DNA of 61,439 nucleotides, counting the filler, from Sphacelaria rigidula (Eukaryota), in assembly GCA_964200075.2 (NCBI GenBank). It is 4 parts of 4 records of this genome, joined end to end, with 100 filler letters (N's around TTAATTAATTAA, not from the genome) between each part and the next. Parts side by side here need not be neighbours in the genome. Positions count along the whole stretch, not along the records: positions 1 to 15,288 come from CAXNAA020001820.1; 3 more parts are not named here. One strand, written 5' to 3'. A model generated the notes under the pieces. It was not told the DNA's origin and did not search any database. It saw nothing but the letters and a program-made list of their open reading frames with translations. Below, piece after piece: positions 1 through 11,559 of the stretch. Every line of letters starts with the position of its first letter. Position 1 is the stretch's first letter. The position numbers and the translations under genes are program-made.

Positions 1-3000
1 CAGGGGCTCAGGCCTATGTCGATGACCCAACACAAACAGGTGATGCTTTTCGACTGTATTATGTTGGAGACCACGTCGTCTCTCTGTCCCGTGAACCTCA
101 ACACATCCATGTGAACCTTGTGAGACGGAACGGATCCCCCGCCCTCACTGGACAGTACTTGGTCGACTTAACCAATCCCAACCAAACCCCAGAGAGTATT
201 CCCCCCTTTGATCGGACCGATGTATTTGTCCATGAGGGTGGGCAATCCATTCCCTTCACGTCCTCTGCATGTCTCAATGTCCTTCCTGGTCAGTTGTTGG
301 GTTTTGCTCAAGCGCCCCTCCTACGGGCAGCCTTGTCGAATGTTTGTTTGAAGGTGCCATCGCAAACATCATCAGGCAGCTCAGAGACAAACGCTTCCAC
401 TTCGTTCGACAAGACTGACCCCATGGTTGTAGCCGAATCGACTGATACGCCTGACACAAACCCCCCGACTGTCTTACTAGATACATTCTCGCCAGAGCAA
501 CGTGTTAATCTTCAACGATTATGGGATGAAATTCCCCCCATTTGAGACACATTGCGTTTGATTTTATCTGGTGAGGGTTGGACACCCACGTTGATTGATC
601 GGTTGCGCTCCATCTTGATACGATACCCTGAACGGTTTTCAAAATCGTCAAAAGATTTAGGCCGCTGCAACACTATACCGTTCAAGATCAACATTCCTGA
701 TAGTACGACACCTATCGCCATGCGTCCGTATCGTACAATCCCTCTTCTAGCGGGTAAAATTCAAGTAATTCTCGACGAATACTTGTCCGCCGGGTTAATA
801 CGGCACTCGACGTCTCCGTGGGCCTCGCCTTTGGTTGTCATCCGGAAGAAGAATGGTAAGATCAGACTGACCGTCAATTATCAACGATTGAACGCAGTCA
901 CCAAAATCGCACGTCTACCTCTTCCCCGGATAGATGCAATCATCGACTCCCTCAGCGGGGGCGAAGTTTTTTCGAACTTCGACAGGCAGTCCGGTTACCA
1001 CCAACTGGTGATGGATCCGCACTCTATCGAGCTGACGGCGTTTTGCACCCCGTCAGGACTATATGAGTGGCTGGTCACTCCACAAGGTGCCGCCGGCGCC
1101 CCAGGAGCGTTTCAACGTGTGATGTTTCGCGTCATTGATGGACTGTCCAAATGGAGCATGTATCTCGACGATGCGGTGGTTCACGGTAGTACACCTGCTG
1201 AACACGTCGAACATTTGGCGTCCTTCTTTGCTCGTTTTGAACAACACAATTTGAAGCTCGTCACATCTAAATCCCGCATTGGAGCCACGCGCATCGAGTT
1301 CCTAGGCCATTGTATCAGCCCTGAAGATCGTAGTCCCAACCTCGACAAAGTTACCGCACTTAGAGAGATGCCCAAGCCACGCGATGTCTCTTAACTGCGC
1401 TCTTTACTCGGTGATTTGAGTTACTACCATCAATATCTGCCAAATTTAGCCCAAGCTCTAAAACCTCTCACCACCCTCCTCAAGAAGGGGGTGAAATTCG
1501 TGTTCACGTCGGCAATGAAAAAAGTTGTACGAGAACAGCTCGACACATTGTCGAAGCCACCAATTCTGGTTTTTCCAGACTGGTCAGCTGCTGAAAATGG
1601 CTCCCATCCGTTCCGTCTGCACACGGATTCTTCGAAAATTGGGTTTGGCTACACACTGGAACAGGAACAAGACGATGCTAGCGTTCGCCCCATTGTATAT
1701 CTGAGCCGAGCCACCTACCCAAACGAACAGAACTAGTCCGTTTTGGAACAAGAAGCAGGTGCAATTGTTTGGGGAGTACGACGACTCCGGCAATATTCGT
1801 ATGACCTCCCGTTTGTGATTTATACAGATCATAAGTCTTTAAAAAACCTCGCTAGAATGGCGGAACACAACGCCCGGGTTCAACGCTGGTTTGAAACCCT
1901 GTCTTCCTACAGCTTCACGTTGAAGTACCGCACAGATCCCCAACACGCAAACGCCGACTTCCTGTCACGCTTGCCCTTACCAGCCCAACCCATCGACAAC
2001 TCCGCCTCGGGTCGCATCACAGACCCCACCGAAGACATTGTTTATTTCATAAGCACAAATGATCATCACGGACTCTATACTCCACTCTCACTGAACCACA
2101 GCTCGGCACTTGTTGAAAATAAGCTGACGCCTTCGGCTCACGCTCCTGTATTGGGCAGTTTGGCTCCACGATCGTTGTGTTCAGTTAGGAGTGAAATTCG
2201 TGTAACTACCGGCGGGTATGATCAATTTCGTGCGTATGGTCATCGGATGGTTTGCACTGTAGAGTCGGTTTCTACTGACTGCGTCCTCCCGGTTCAAGTC
2301 CGAGACCTCATCTCGAGCCGGACCCGAGGACGCCGGGCGGCGGAAACGGCTGCCGCCCTGGCAGCAGCCGGCCCAGACCTCCCAATCCCCAACCCCATTC
2401 CAGTCCCCGATAGCCTCCTTGCGCCCCTGTTACCTCCATGGCGCAAAACCCCCAGAAAATCGACACCTTCCAAACCACCTCTGCCCACCATAGCCGAGAC
2501 CTCGACTGTGCCTCCTCCACCCCGTGATGGTACCACCTCCGGTACCACACCATCCGACACCCTCCACACCGTAGGAATAGAGGTAGACGTTCCGTTTGAG
2601 AATAAACTGACCACCCTCTCTGACCTTGATCCAAATAACGCCTTGTGTCCATCCCACAGCGGTTCGATCCCCTGCGTTCTGGACAACCCCCCCGACAGTG
2701 TGTTCAAGGAACTGACCCTCTTTTCTCACGCCGATTGGGCCCGGGAACAGCAAGCTGAACCTGCTTGTAAAGCAGCTACACATTGTCTATCCAAAGGATG
2801 CCCCTCACCCTTTCCAGAAACTGAGTTCCTTTTGCCAGTAGGGCCCCACCGAGCCCTCACACAGAATGAACTTACTGAATTATCGCGTAAAGGCATGCTT
2901 TATACGGATGATGATGGCGTTGTTCTTTTAGTTCACCGGCCCCCCACGAACCCTCCTGGAGGGAAACCTACAAGTAGTCACACCCGTTTGTTGGGTGATA

Positions 3001-4317
3001 CCCCCGTACGTATTTATGTTCCGATGCTTCTGCGTCCATGGGTTCTCCATGAATGCCACTCACAAGCATCCACACATCTGGGCGTCGCTAGGACTTCCCA
3101 GATGCTTCAGCGTTTTTTTGGTGGATTTGTATGAACCAATGTGTGCGTTGGTGGGTTCGGCGGTGTCTTCTTCGCCAAGCACGCAAAACTTCGCGTCAAA
3201 CAGTTAGATGGCCGGTAATCTCTATGTCCCTCCCCACTGGGCCTGGTGAAATAGTTTCATGGGACTACTTTGGCTCCCTGCCCCTCACTGATAGTGGTAA
3301 CAAGTACATTTTGTTGTTTACAGATCGGTTCAGTCGACATGCTGTGATGAATGCTGTTTCGGAGGCCAACTATAGTGCAGAAGGGACTGCCAACATCTTT
3401 GTGTACACATACATCCCTCAGTGGGGTGTTCCCAAACGTTTGTTATCCGATAACGACCCACATGTGGCCGGCAAACGTTCTGCCGCGATCAGTAATCTCC
3501 TGGGTGCCCATCGTATTTTTACTAGCTCATACCATCCGTCCACTAACAGTGGGACCGAACGAGCTAATCACACGATGGCGCAAATGCTTGCCACAGTGAC
3601 CAATGAGCGACAAACGGACTGGGACCTAGACTTACCCCTTGTCCAAATGAACTACAACAACTCCGTCAATGCCGCCACAGGCTTGGCTTCCGATAAAGTT
3701 CATATTGGTCGTATGCCCAGGTTTCCATTGACAGTGTTCGACAGGAAACCCCCTGGTGGTCATCAGAGTTTGGATCGGGATATTGTGGAGTATCATATGT
3801 CTGTTAGTAGTCGTCTTCGTCTTGCATATGAGGTGGTACGGGAGCAGAACTTGATCAACGCAGTAAAGGTAGCTAAGGCAAACAGCGTGTTGGATGATGC
3901 AGTGCATAACCGTCCGGTGTGGAAAGTAGGTGAATGGGCATGGGTGTATATAACGATGTGAGAACTGTAACCCAAGGTATAAGCTCTCCGTCGTCGTCGG
4001 ATAAGGTGTTAAAGTCGAAGCTTTGAATGAATTGGACTGGTCCTTGAAAGATTTCGGCAGTTGGGCCTTGTGATACCGCCCCTGATGATAGCCCAGTAGG
4101 TGAGAAGCTTTTATATTTGGATTTCCCCACGGATGAACCTGGCGTCAAACCCAAAAATCGGATCTCGATGCTTCGGTGCAAGCCGTGTCTGCCCCCTCAC
4201 GACACTAGTAATATGCCCAAGCAATTGCCAATGGGGCTCAGTCAGTATGTGCTAACCAGGTATGCGGCGAAAACCCCACCGTACCACATGACGGTTGAAG
4301 ACGCTGACAGTCCTCTT

Positions 4318-4446
4318 GAACGTGTAGTGGTAGATCGCATCTCGGGCCATCAATTAGTCCGAGGTCGAGGCGGTAAAATTGCGGTCATGTATCAGACTCA
4401 CTGGAAAGGCGTCATGCGTGTTACGTGGGAACGGAAGGAGGATTTG
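4318..4446 (+). other. Chromodomain at integrase C-terminus (element 1)
   Basis: ERVVVDRISGHQLVRGRGGKIAVMYQTHWKGVMRVTWERKEDL fits the V..I..HR....Y.V.W.G....TWE....L chromodomain pattern. Confidence 0.8.
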
Positions 4447-4643
4447 CGTCATTTTCGAAGAGAGATACTTTTATATTGGGTCGGAGATGTCGTCCAACAA
4501 CACCCGTTGAACAAACGATATAGGTCTATGCGAAAAGGCGCAGCAGCTCGTGAACTAGCCCGAGAACACTCGGCACGATTGTCATTTCGGGCTATAGTCT
4601 CATTTCTCGTTCGCAATACCTGCGCTCTTTTTCGAAGAAACGT

Positions 4644-4850
4644 TTGCCGAAAGGTGCATATTTTTGGTACAGAGCTATGAATTCGCGGTGGTGGCTGGGG
4701 AAGATTCATTTGAAAGGTCCTGAGGCGGACGATTCCTATTACATCCGCTTCCTCGTTGATCCAAGTCCTCTCAAGATCCGTCTCCACGACGATTACTATA
4801 CCGAGATGCCGACCGCTCGCCGAGGATCTTGGTGCCTACAACGACATGAC
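4644..4850 (+). other. Tudor/SH3-like barrel after the chromodomain (element 1)
   Basis: LPKGAYFWYRAMNSRWWLGKIHLKGPEADDSYYIRFLVDPSPLKIRLHDDYY resembles the G..V......WW.G.I........Y.I.F.D.....L Tudor pattern. An aligned segment exists in elements A and B. Confidence 0.55.
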
Positions 4851-5007
4851 AAAGGGGACATCGACACAGCTGTCTTGCGCAACCCCGACATGGCGTGGGA
4901 CACGGAATAATCTTGATAGCGAATTGCGTTCCTTCCGATTTTATTCGTGTTCTTTGAAATCCCCCCCCCCCCCCTTTTTTTTTTTCCTTTTTTTGTCGTT
5001 GTGTGCT

Positions 5008-5017
5008 NNNNNNNNNN
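5008..5017. other. 10-N assembly gap with duplicated flanks
   Basis: GTGTTCTTTGAAA-polyC-polyT occurs on both sides (about 4947-5007 and 5029-5080), consistent with an unmerged overlap. Confidence 0.85.
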
Positions 5018-5870
5018 CCGTTTCTCTGCGTGTTCTTTGAAACCCCCCCCCCCCATTTTTTTTTTCCCTTGTCTTGTCGTTGGTGTCATTTCCTCAAGTA
5101 CCGTTGTGAGTCGGTTGTCTGCGTTTTCCTCACCACCACTCGTAGTCCCCCTGGTCTCGTCGTGTTTTAAAAAAAAACCCTGCTTCCCCTTGTCCTCTCG
5201 TGGTCTCGTTCCCTTGAACACCGTGTAGCCCGGTTGCCCACATTTCCCTCGGCAGTACCCAGTAGCCGCGTATGTCTGTGTTCTGTAGTGCACCGTTGCC
5301 GCGTATGCCTGTTCCTGTATGAAGCTTTTGTGTTCTCTTTTTCTTGTTATTGTTAGCTCTTGTTTTTTGTTTGTTTGTTTTCGTTCTCTTTTTTTTTCTG
5401 TCCTGTTTCCCCTTCTTCCTCCCTTGTATGGTCACCTGTTTTCCTTGTTTTTGTCTTTGGTTTTTCTTTTTGTTTGTATTCGGACGAGGCCAACGCACAC
5501 CATTGGTTTTCTTCAGCACGTCCCGTACCAACCCCTTTCCGGGGCAAATACCCGGTGTGTGCGATTGCCCAATCACGTACGCCAACAACTTCTCCAACGG
5601 ACTGGTTCTTTCGGTGTACCCTGTTATTCGTTTCCCCTCTAGTCTTTTCCTTGTTCTGTGTGTTTTGTTTTTGACAGCTTAATACCGTTGGACTCACGTT
5701 GGCTTTCGATGACTGGGTTATGTGTTGCATGTCCAACAAGCCCTCTTCTTGAGCACCGTCGCAGATTCTTTGTAATTGCTCGCTGTATCAGTTGTCCCAT
5801 GTTGGGGGATATTACTTTTCTCTTGGATTATGTTCAGTTCCGTTGCGCGGCTATATTCCTCCCAACACCA

Positions 5871-5940
5871 TGCTCCGTCTCGAAAGGGATGCGTGGTCAA
5901 TGGTCAAACGACTAAGGCAAGCAACAAATGAGTACGCCCC
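5871..5940. mobile_element. 70-bp dispersed unit, copy 1, inserted in the Gypsy 3' UTR
   Basis: 68/70 identical to the reverse complement of 53182-53251. Flanked by direct repeat AACACCA (5864-5870 and 5941-5947). Confidence 0.8.
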
Positions 5941-6851
5941 AACACCAGTCCGCCAAAAATTGTTTTGTTTTTCGCAGTCTCGAGGTCGTACATCCGGTCC
6001 GCCGCTTCGGAAATCAGTACGGTGGTTCGTTTTTGTTGTAGGGTTATTGCTGGCAAATTATCGCGTTGATGTGCTCGGCGGCTGTTTATCCTTCCGCTTG
6101 TATGCACACCCTCTCGATTTTCTCGTCTGAACGGGCAAGTATCTAAAAGCGGACCGCATTGGCCCCTCTTTGTGCATACTTGTTGTGGTTCACCTCGAAC
6201 GCATCGGATTATCCGCCTTGGATTTATCTCCTACGGTTGTGTGTTCTTCGTTGACGCTTTGTGGGACGATACAGGCACGTATTCAATTCGATGGGCCGCC
6301 TTCATCGTCGCGTTGGTGCATCATGTTGCCTCACAGCTGCATGCTGATTTTGGTTTCCGGTGGCTTCCGCTCAGCGATTTTCTTTTCCCGCTTGAGCATT
6401 CAACACCGTTGGGTTCTACTGATGAAAGAAGTGTACGATTGTTTGTGCTCCCCCGGTACTGTGAAACGCCTTGGCGGGCTGCTTGAAGAAACTCTCACAA
6501 CGGAACTGGACGTGTATTGAGACATAATTTCCCCTTCGCATGATGGCAGTCAAGCATTATATCAAGGTTTTGTAGCGGATGGACTACCGGCTTGTTTTTT
6601 CCGCTGCTTCAGCTTTTTTATGGCGGATTTGTCCTGGATTCCCGGATATTTGGTAGCTTCCGGCGCTGTTTTTTTGAGGACTGTCGATTCTTGGGTTTTC
6701 CCCACCCTTCGGATTTTTTTCTTCACTATGTCGTGTCGCCCTCTAAATCCCCGTCACAGTACTCCCCACTTGATGTGTCTCACATTTTCTTTTTGTTACG
6801 GTATCTTTTTTTTTTATTATTTTTTTATTTTTTTTTTCATTTCTGTGGTGT

Positions 6852-7602
6852 GGGGGAATGGACTGTGTGGGTAAAGCAACCTCGTTTCACTGCGTTCTCC
6901 TGCGATTGCTTTACCCATTGGAGGCTAGTGCCATATGATGTAACTGCAGGACGTAGCCATGATCTTGGGCAAAGGTGACACTGAGTGATGGACATTTTCA
7001 TATTCAAATAGCGGAAAATTGGCTGCCCCTTCGGTTGACGTTCTACGGAGAGCATGTGTTTGAATTCGAAAAAAAAAGGTAGTGACCCAACCATGGCATG
7101 TATTGAAGAGCTCGGCTCTTGGATTTTATGGTATGACCTCAGTTTATGATGATTATGGGGCGGCGAAATAAGTATGAGCTGTAAGCAGTTCGCACGAGCG
7201 CCACTCTCTTCTCATTTCCGGTTCTTGGCTGCGATTCAACAGTTTCCCCATTGGAGTATCTACAAACCGCGAGAAAGTAAGTCCCAGAGATAAGAGCCGT
7301 AGTCGGGCTGCTGTTTTGTCTGGTGTGTTTTATTGATTGAGGTTTCGGCTTGTTTCGGTTTGTGTTGTATTTCCCTACTGTCCTGTAGATGAAGCTTGGA
7401 TGCAATCCATTGCGTGGAAAAACGGTGCTACCCTTGTCTGTATTTGCTTGTTGTGTCTCCTTGTGGATGCAACTCGAGAGTGACTGTGGTCAGCCCGCGC
7501 TGCTGAGCTGAGTAAACAAACAACGTACACAGAGGTCTGAACCTGGCATCAATCGTGGTGAACACCATTACACCCTACCCAAGGTGCTTCACTCTTATCA
7601 CA
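6852..7602 (+). repeat. Polypurine tract (6852-6863) and candidate 3' LTR (6864 to about 7602) of element 1
   Basis: GGGGGAATGGAC is followed by TGTG; a matching CACA end occurs at 7602 or 7607. There is no second LTR in the window to confirm it. Confidence 0.45.
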
Positions 7603-9349
7603 TCACACCTAGGTGATGCGAGTGATCGTTTAATTCCGTATATTCGTAGAGGGAGGGGAAGAATAAGGTTTTTGCACAGCTGATGTGATCATTTCCTCAT
7701 TCTCGACCCCTTGGGGGGAGGGGGGGGTGGGGGGTGGCCTTGGCGCCGTGACATTTCGACGTGGGCTCCCTTGGCTACAGCTACACAGTGTACCAATAAT
7801 ACCTGCGCATCCTCATAATCAACCCTACTCGGCGGGATGCAACAGAGCAGTTACAGCTACACAGTTATGGGTGCGCCTGACCCCCCAAAATGGACACAAA
7901 AAGGTGTCACCGACCAAAGGTACGAACAGGCCGGAGATCTCGTTCATCCCCTGATTATGCACGCCGTGAAATCTCCCAAAGTACGTGTGTGATTTGAGTG
8001 GGGTTTCCACTTGACGATTTCCCATTTTCGTCGTCCCGGACTGCGAACCACGGCGTGCCTAGGCTACTCACCGGCGTTTATTAGTTCAAGCTACAGTCTG
8101 ACACCATTGTGGAACCAAAGGAGGTATTACAGCGGATACTAAAAAATGGGGTCCATCTCCAAAATGAGGTTCAAGTGGCATTTCGTTTTTGCAGGGATCA
8201 CGCAAAATACTCACGAACGAGCGAAGCTATCTTCCCCCCAAAATTCCGCAGCAGTTAAGCAGCTGTGGCTGGGTGCACCTAACGAATGCGGTGTACACGC
8301 GTGTCGATGACAATATCACCAGAGAAAAAAGCAACGACAGAGAGGAAGCTCCTCGCCCGTGTCCTTTGTGTCCTGGGTCGGCGATTACCAATCGCTGGAG
8401 AAACTGGCATCATCGATGTTACCAGCATGTGCCCAATTGCCCATGTGCCAAAACATTGAGCTGCGGAAATAGTTCCTCTCTTCTTGCCTGTCGAGCTCAC
8501 GAATGCGAACATCGATTTCTCTCTGCCTCTTCTTTTGGACAGGATGCGCCTCTGTGCGCTGAAAAGCATGTCGTTGAAAAATAGGGCAACGCTCCCGTCA
8601 CCGCTACTATTGTTGTTCTCTGTCACACACATGCCAGCAAGGGCGGTGGTGCGGCGAAAAGAACAGATATATCCAATTTGAACTTGAGGGGTATAATTCA
8701 TCGTTGATTTTACCCGACATGTATGTGAGCGACCCTCTGGGTGCCCAACGACAACAGCGTGCGAGACGCCAGTTGGGGGAGGGGGGGGGGTATGAGACGT
8801 CAAACACTTGTGGAGACCTTTTTGACATGCGGAGTGAAAAACGATACCTATGGTGGTGATCTAGTCGTTGCGAGCGTGGTGCAGAGGGGCGCGTCCATGT
8901 TGCAATCTGGAGCACGCGCGCTGGCTCCGTGAACATACAGTAGCAAGATATAATTTCGACGTGACGAGGTCACGCATTACCACCTGGGGCGACACATGAA
9001 CCCTGAAGGTGCATGGTGTACGACGTATCACGTGAGAGTGAGCGACGTTTTGACGTACGTCTGATAAACGCCGATAGGAGTTTTTTTTACACCAATTAGA
9101 TTCAAAAATAGATTTTTCAGGCCGAGGGGACGACAATATCGATACTAGTGCTGGCACTAGTGCTAGAAACCTGCTGGAAAGGATTTCGGCGGAGGAGTCT
9201 GGAGGCTGGGAACAACCTGAAGCATCATGGGCGCGTGAAGGGGGTTCTAGCTGATGGTAGCTGCAGAAAGGCGGCTGGCTTGTGATTGATCCGGACTGGA
9301 GACTTGCTGAAGCTGCGTACAGCGGGAGTTTAGAGGCTCCTACAACTGT

Positions 9350-11206
9350 GTGGTGCGGCGACGAAGCAAGGAAGAGTGCAATTCGCAAAGGTCCGCTGAC
9401 CTGCAGAAGGTTCGCAGACAGCCGGTTACAGCTATGGCGACACCCGTGATCATGCGGGGACTTGAGACCTCCCCAATACGGGGTAGGTACTCAGAGAGTG
9501 CATCTCGCACGTTTATTACAAAGTACTTTGAGTACAAGAAGCGTGTGAAGCACGCTAAAGCAGGGGGTACTGTGCGGCATCAGGTGGTGCCAATGGCTCA
9601 ACAAGTGCCAACTTATGTGCAAAGAGTGTTTGCTCGTTTGGAGCATAAACATATCACAATCACCCCGCCGCAATTGATTGCGGCGATAGGAAAGTATGCT
9701 GGGCATGCGGACGGCACTTGCCATTGTTGTGGCCAGGTCGGCCATTACGCGCGCGATTGCCCAACGCCTTCCGGTGGAGAGTTTGGGCAATCTCATGCCG
9801 CGCGCCATCAGCATCGTGAGCACAAGGGCAAAAGACAAGGTAATCGTGGTGGCGGCGGCGCATCCTCCAGCGGTGGAGGGTCGCAGTCGAGTTCTCAGCA
9901 GCAGCAGCAGCAGCAGCAGGGACAGAGACGTCAGCATGGGTCTGGTTCTGGGTCCCGCGCCGCTGTAGGTGCTGCTGCTTCGCTACGGGCGGTACAGGTG
10001 GGACCGACTTCTAGAGTGTCGAACACTGCGCCGGCGCTGGTGGTGGCGCCGGCGGCGACACCGGCAGCAGTGCCAGACGCGACGCCTGCTGACGCGCTGG
10101 TCGGAGGTTCGCCAAATTCTTGGTCTGCTGGCTGGGGGTCATACCCGCCAGCGGTGTCGTTTAAACCTGCCGGGGCGTGTTCGCCTGCGCAGCTTGCGCA
10201 GCCGTGGCGTCAAGTGAGATTAGCAGCGCATCGGTCGGCGAAGATATTGCCAGTGGAGTTTGCGGACAGATACGTTCCTGCGGAGCAGTGTCTTCCAAAT
10301 CAACGGGAGCGTGGCGCCATTGCGGTTCGGGCTAAGTGGGATTCAGGCGCCTATTTAGCGGGTCATGTGAGTCTGTCGGTACAGATTGTAGAGATGTTGA
10401 AGCGTCTTCTCCCGGGTGTGCCGCTGCGCATTCCGTTTTCGCTCGGGGTGCGGCAGGCCATCACCGCGTCGGGTCAGCATGTGTACGTCACAGAGCGTGC
10501 TGTTCTGCTGCAGCTCACTTTCACGAGTTCCTGGGGGGCGGCGCAGTTGCCTCCGATCTCGTTTGCGATCATGCCGGGGTTGGGTGGCGTTATTCTTCTT
10601 GGGTTGCCGACGCTTCAGGATATTGGAGTCGACGCCCGGCGATTGTGGGACTCCATGAAGACGCGGATGCCTCCGCCTGGTCCGCGCTTGGAGACGCCCG
10701 CCGTTTTGGGTAGTCGTCGCGTGAGCCTGTCCATGGATGCTTTTCAGAAGGCTGTGAGGCAGGTGACCGAGGAGCGGGATGCGGCGGTGGAACGCTCGGT
10801 AGAGCGCGGCCCGGAGATGTTACTGATTCCGGCGGATGAGGAGCCCGCTCGGAAGGTCGCGCTGAAGGAGAGCGTAACGAATACTGGGGCGACAGGCCTC
10901 AGCGTCTCAGAAGCGGAGCGCCTGCGCGGCATATTGCATTACCGCGCCAACGCGTTTCGTCGTGCGCTGCGGGGGGATCTTCCTGCGCGTGGAGCCCATG
11001 CGTGTTCAGCCGAAGCCTGGGGCGCCCGCGGTGAAGGCAAAGCCGCGCAGTACGATACAGTGAAGTCGAGTTGGTTGGCGTTGTGCATGGTGGCTCTTTT
11101 GGCGCTCGGGTTGGTGTCAAGGAATTTGCCGGCGGGGTGGTCCAGTCCAGATATGGCGTTTCCTAAGAAAGCTGCATCGTGGATGGAGGGCAGGCTGCAG
11201 GCGTAG
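9350..11206 (+). pseudogene. gag: gag-protease-truncated RT ORF of element 2
   Basis: 618-aa ORF with a CX2CX4HX4C knuckle, (CAG)8 at 9896-9919 and a DSGA aspartic protease motif. It shifts frame near 10990 and lacks the RT YxDD core. Confidence 0.8.
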
Positions 11207-11559
11207 GCGGCAGCGAAGTATCTGGTGGCTCATGCCGTGACGCTGTTCCGTCCTCATCCTGATTGTCAGGTGTTCATGTCTCCGGATGCATCGGAGTGCC
11301 ATTGGCCATTGGGGTAGTTTGGTCATGCAGGTACCTACAGTTGAAATCCAAATGCCTGTGCGCGCTGTGGCTGTGTATGGTCCGTGTGAACCTGGTGTCT
11401 CGATGCCGTCCAAATCTGTCGTCCGCCAAGCGCAACGAAATGACCTTGGGACCGAAGATACGGACGTGAAATCTTTCGAGTCGGACGTTGGTACTAATAT
11501 CTCGGACACTGAATGTCTGTCTCGTGTGCATGTACGTGGCCGAAACGTGTTGTGGGTTC

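Larger units (their letters stand above)
1..4910 (+). pseudogene. pol: pol polyprotein of element 1, broken by stops and frameshifts
   Basis: RT motifs SPWASPLVV, VNYQRLN, SGYHQL, PQGAAGAP, MYLDD (552-1394). RNase H motifs LHTDSS, EQEAGAIVWG, YTDHKSL, HANADFLSRL (1416-1980). Integrase H..H/C zinc finger, SWDYFG, LSDND, TERAN (about 3010-3960). In-frame stops at 543, 1392, 1734 and 3959; frameshifts near 3120 and 4575. Confidence 0.95.
1..7602 (+). mobile_element. Ty3/Gypsy chromovirus-like LTR retrotransposon, element 1 (5' part outside window, decayed)
   Basis: Domain order RT-RNaseH-integrase-chromodomain, then about 1.9 kb of T-rich 3' UTR, a purine tract and a candidate TG-starting LTR. 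The right boundary is uncertain. Confidence 0.9.

Noticed and set aside
4947-5080. Direct repeat around the 10-N gap
   Set aside because: Typical unmerged read overlap at homopolymers; the same pattern (CATCACTT) flanks the gap at 34643-34652.
5130-5739. Several K/R-rich or F/L-rich ORFs
   Set aside because: By-products of T-rich low-complexity 3' UTR sequence.
8279-8803. 174-aa minus-strand ORF
   Set aside because: No recognisable motif or supporting splice signals.
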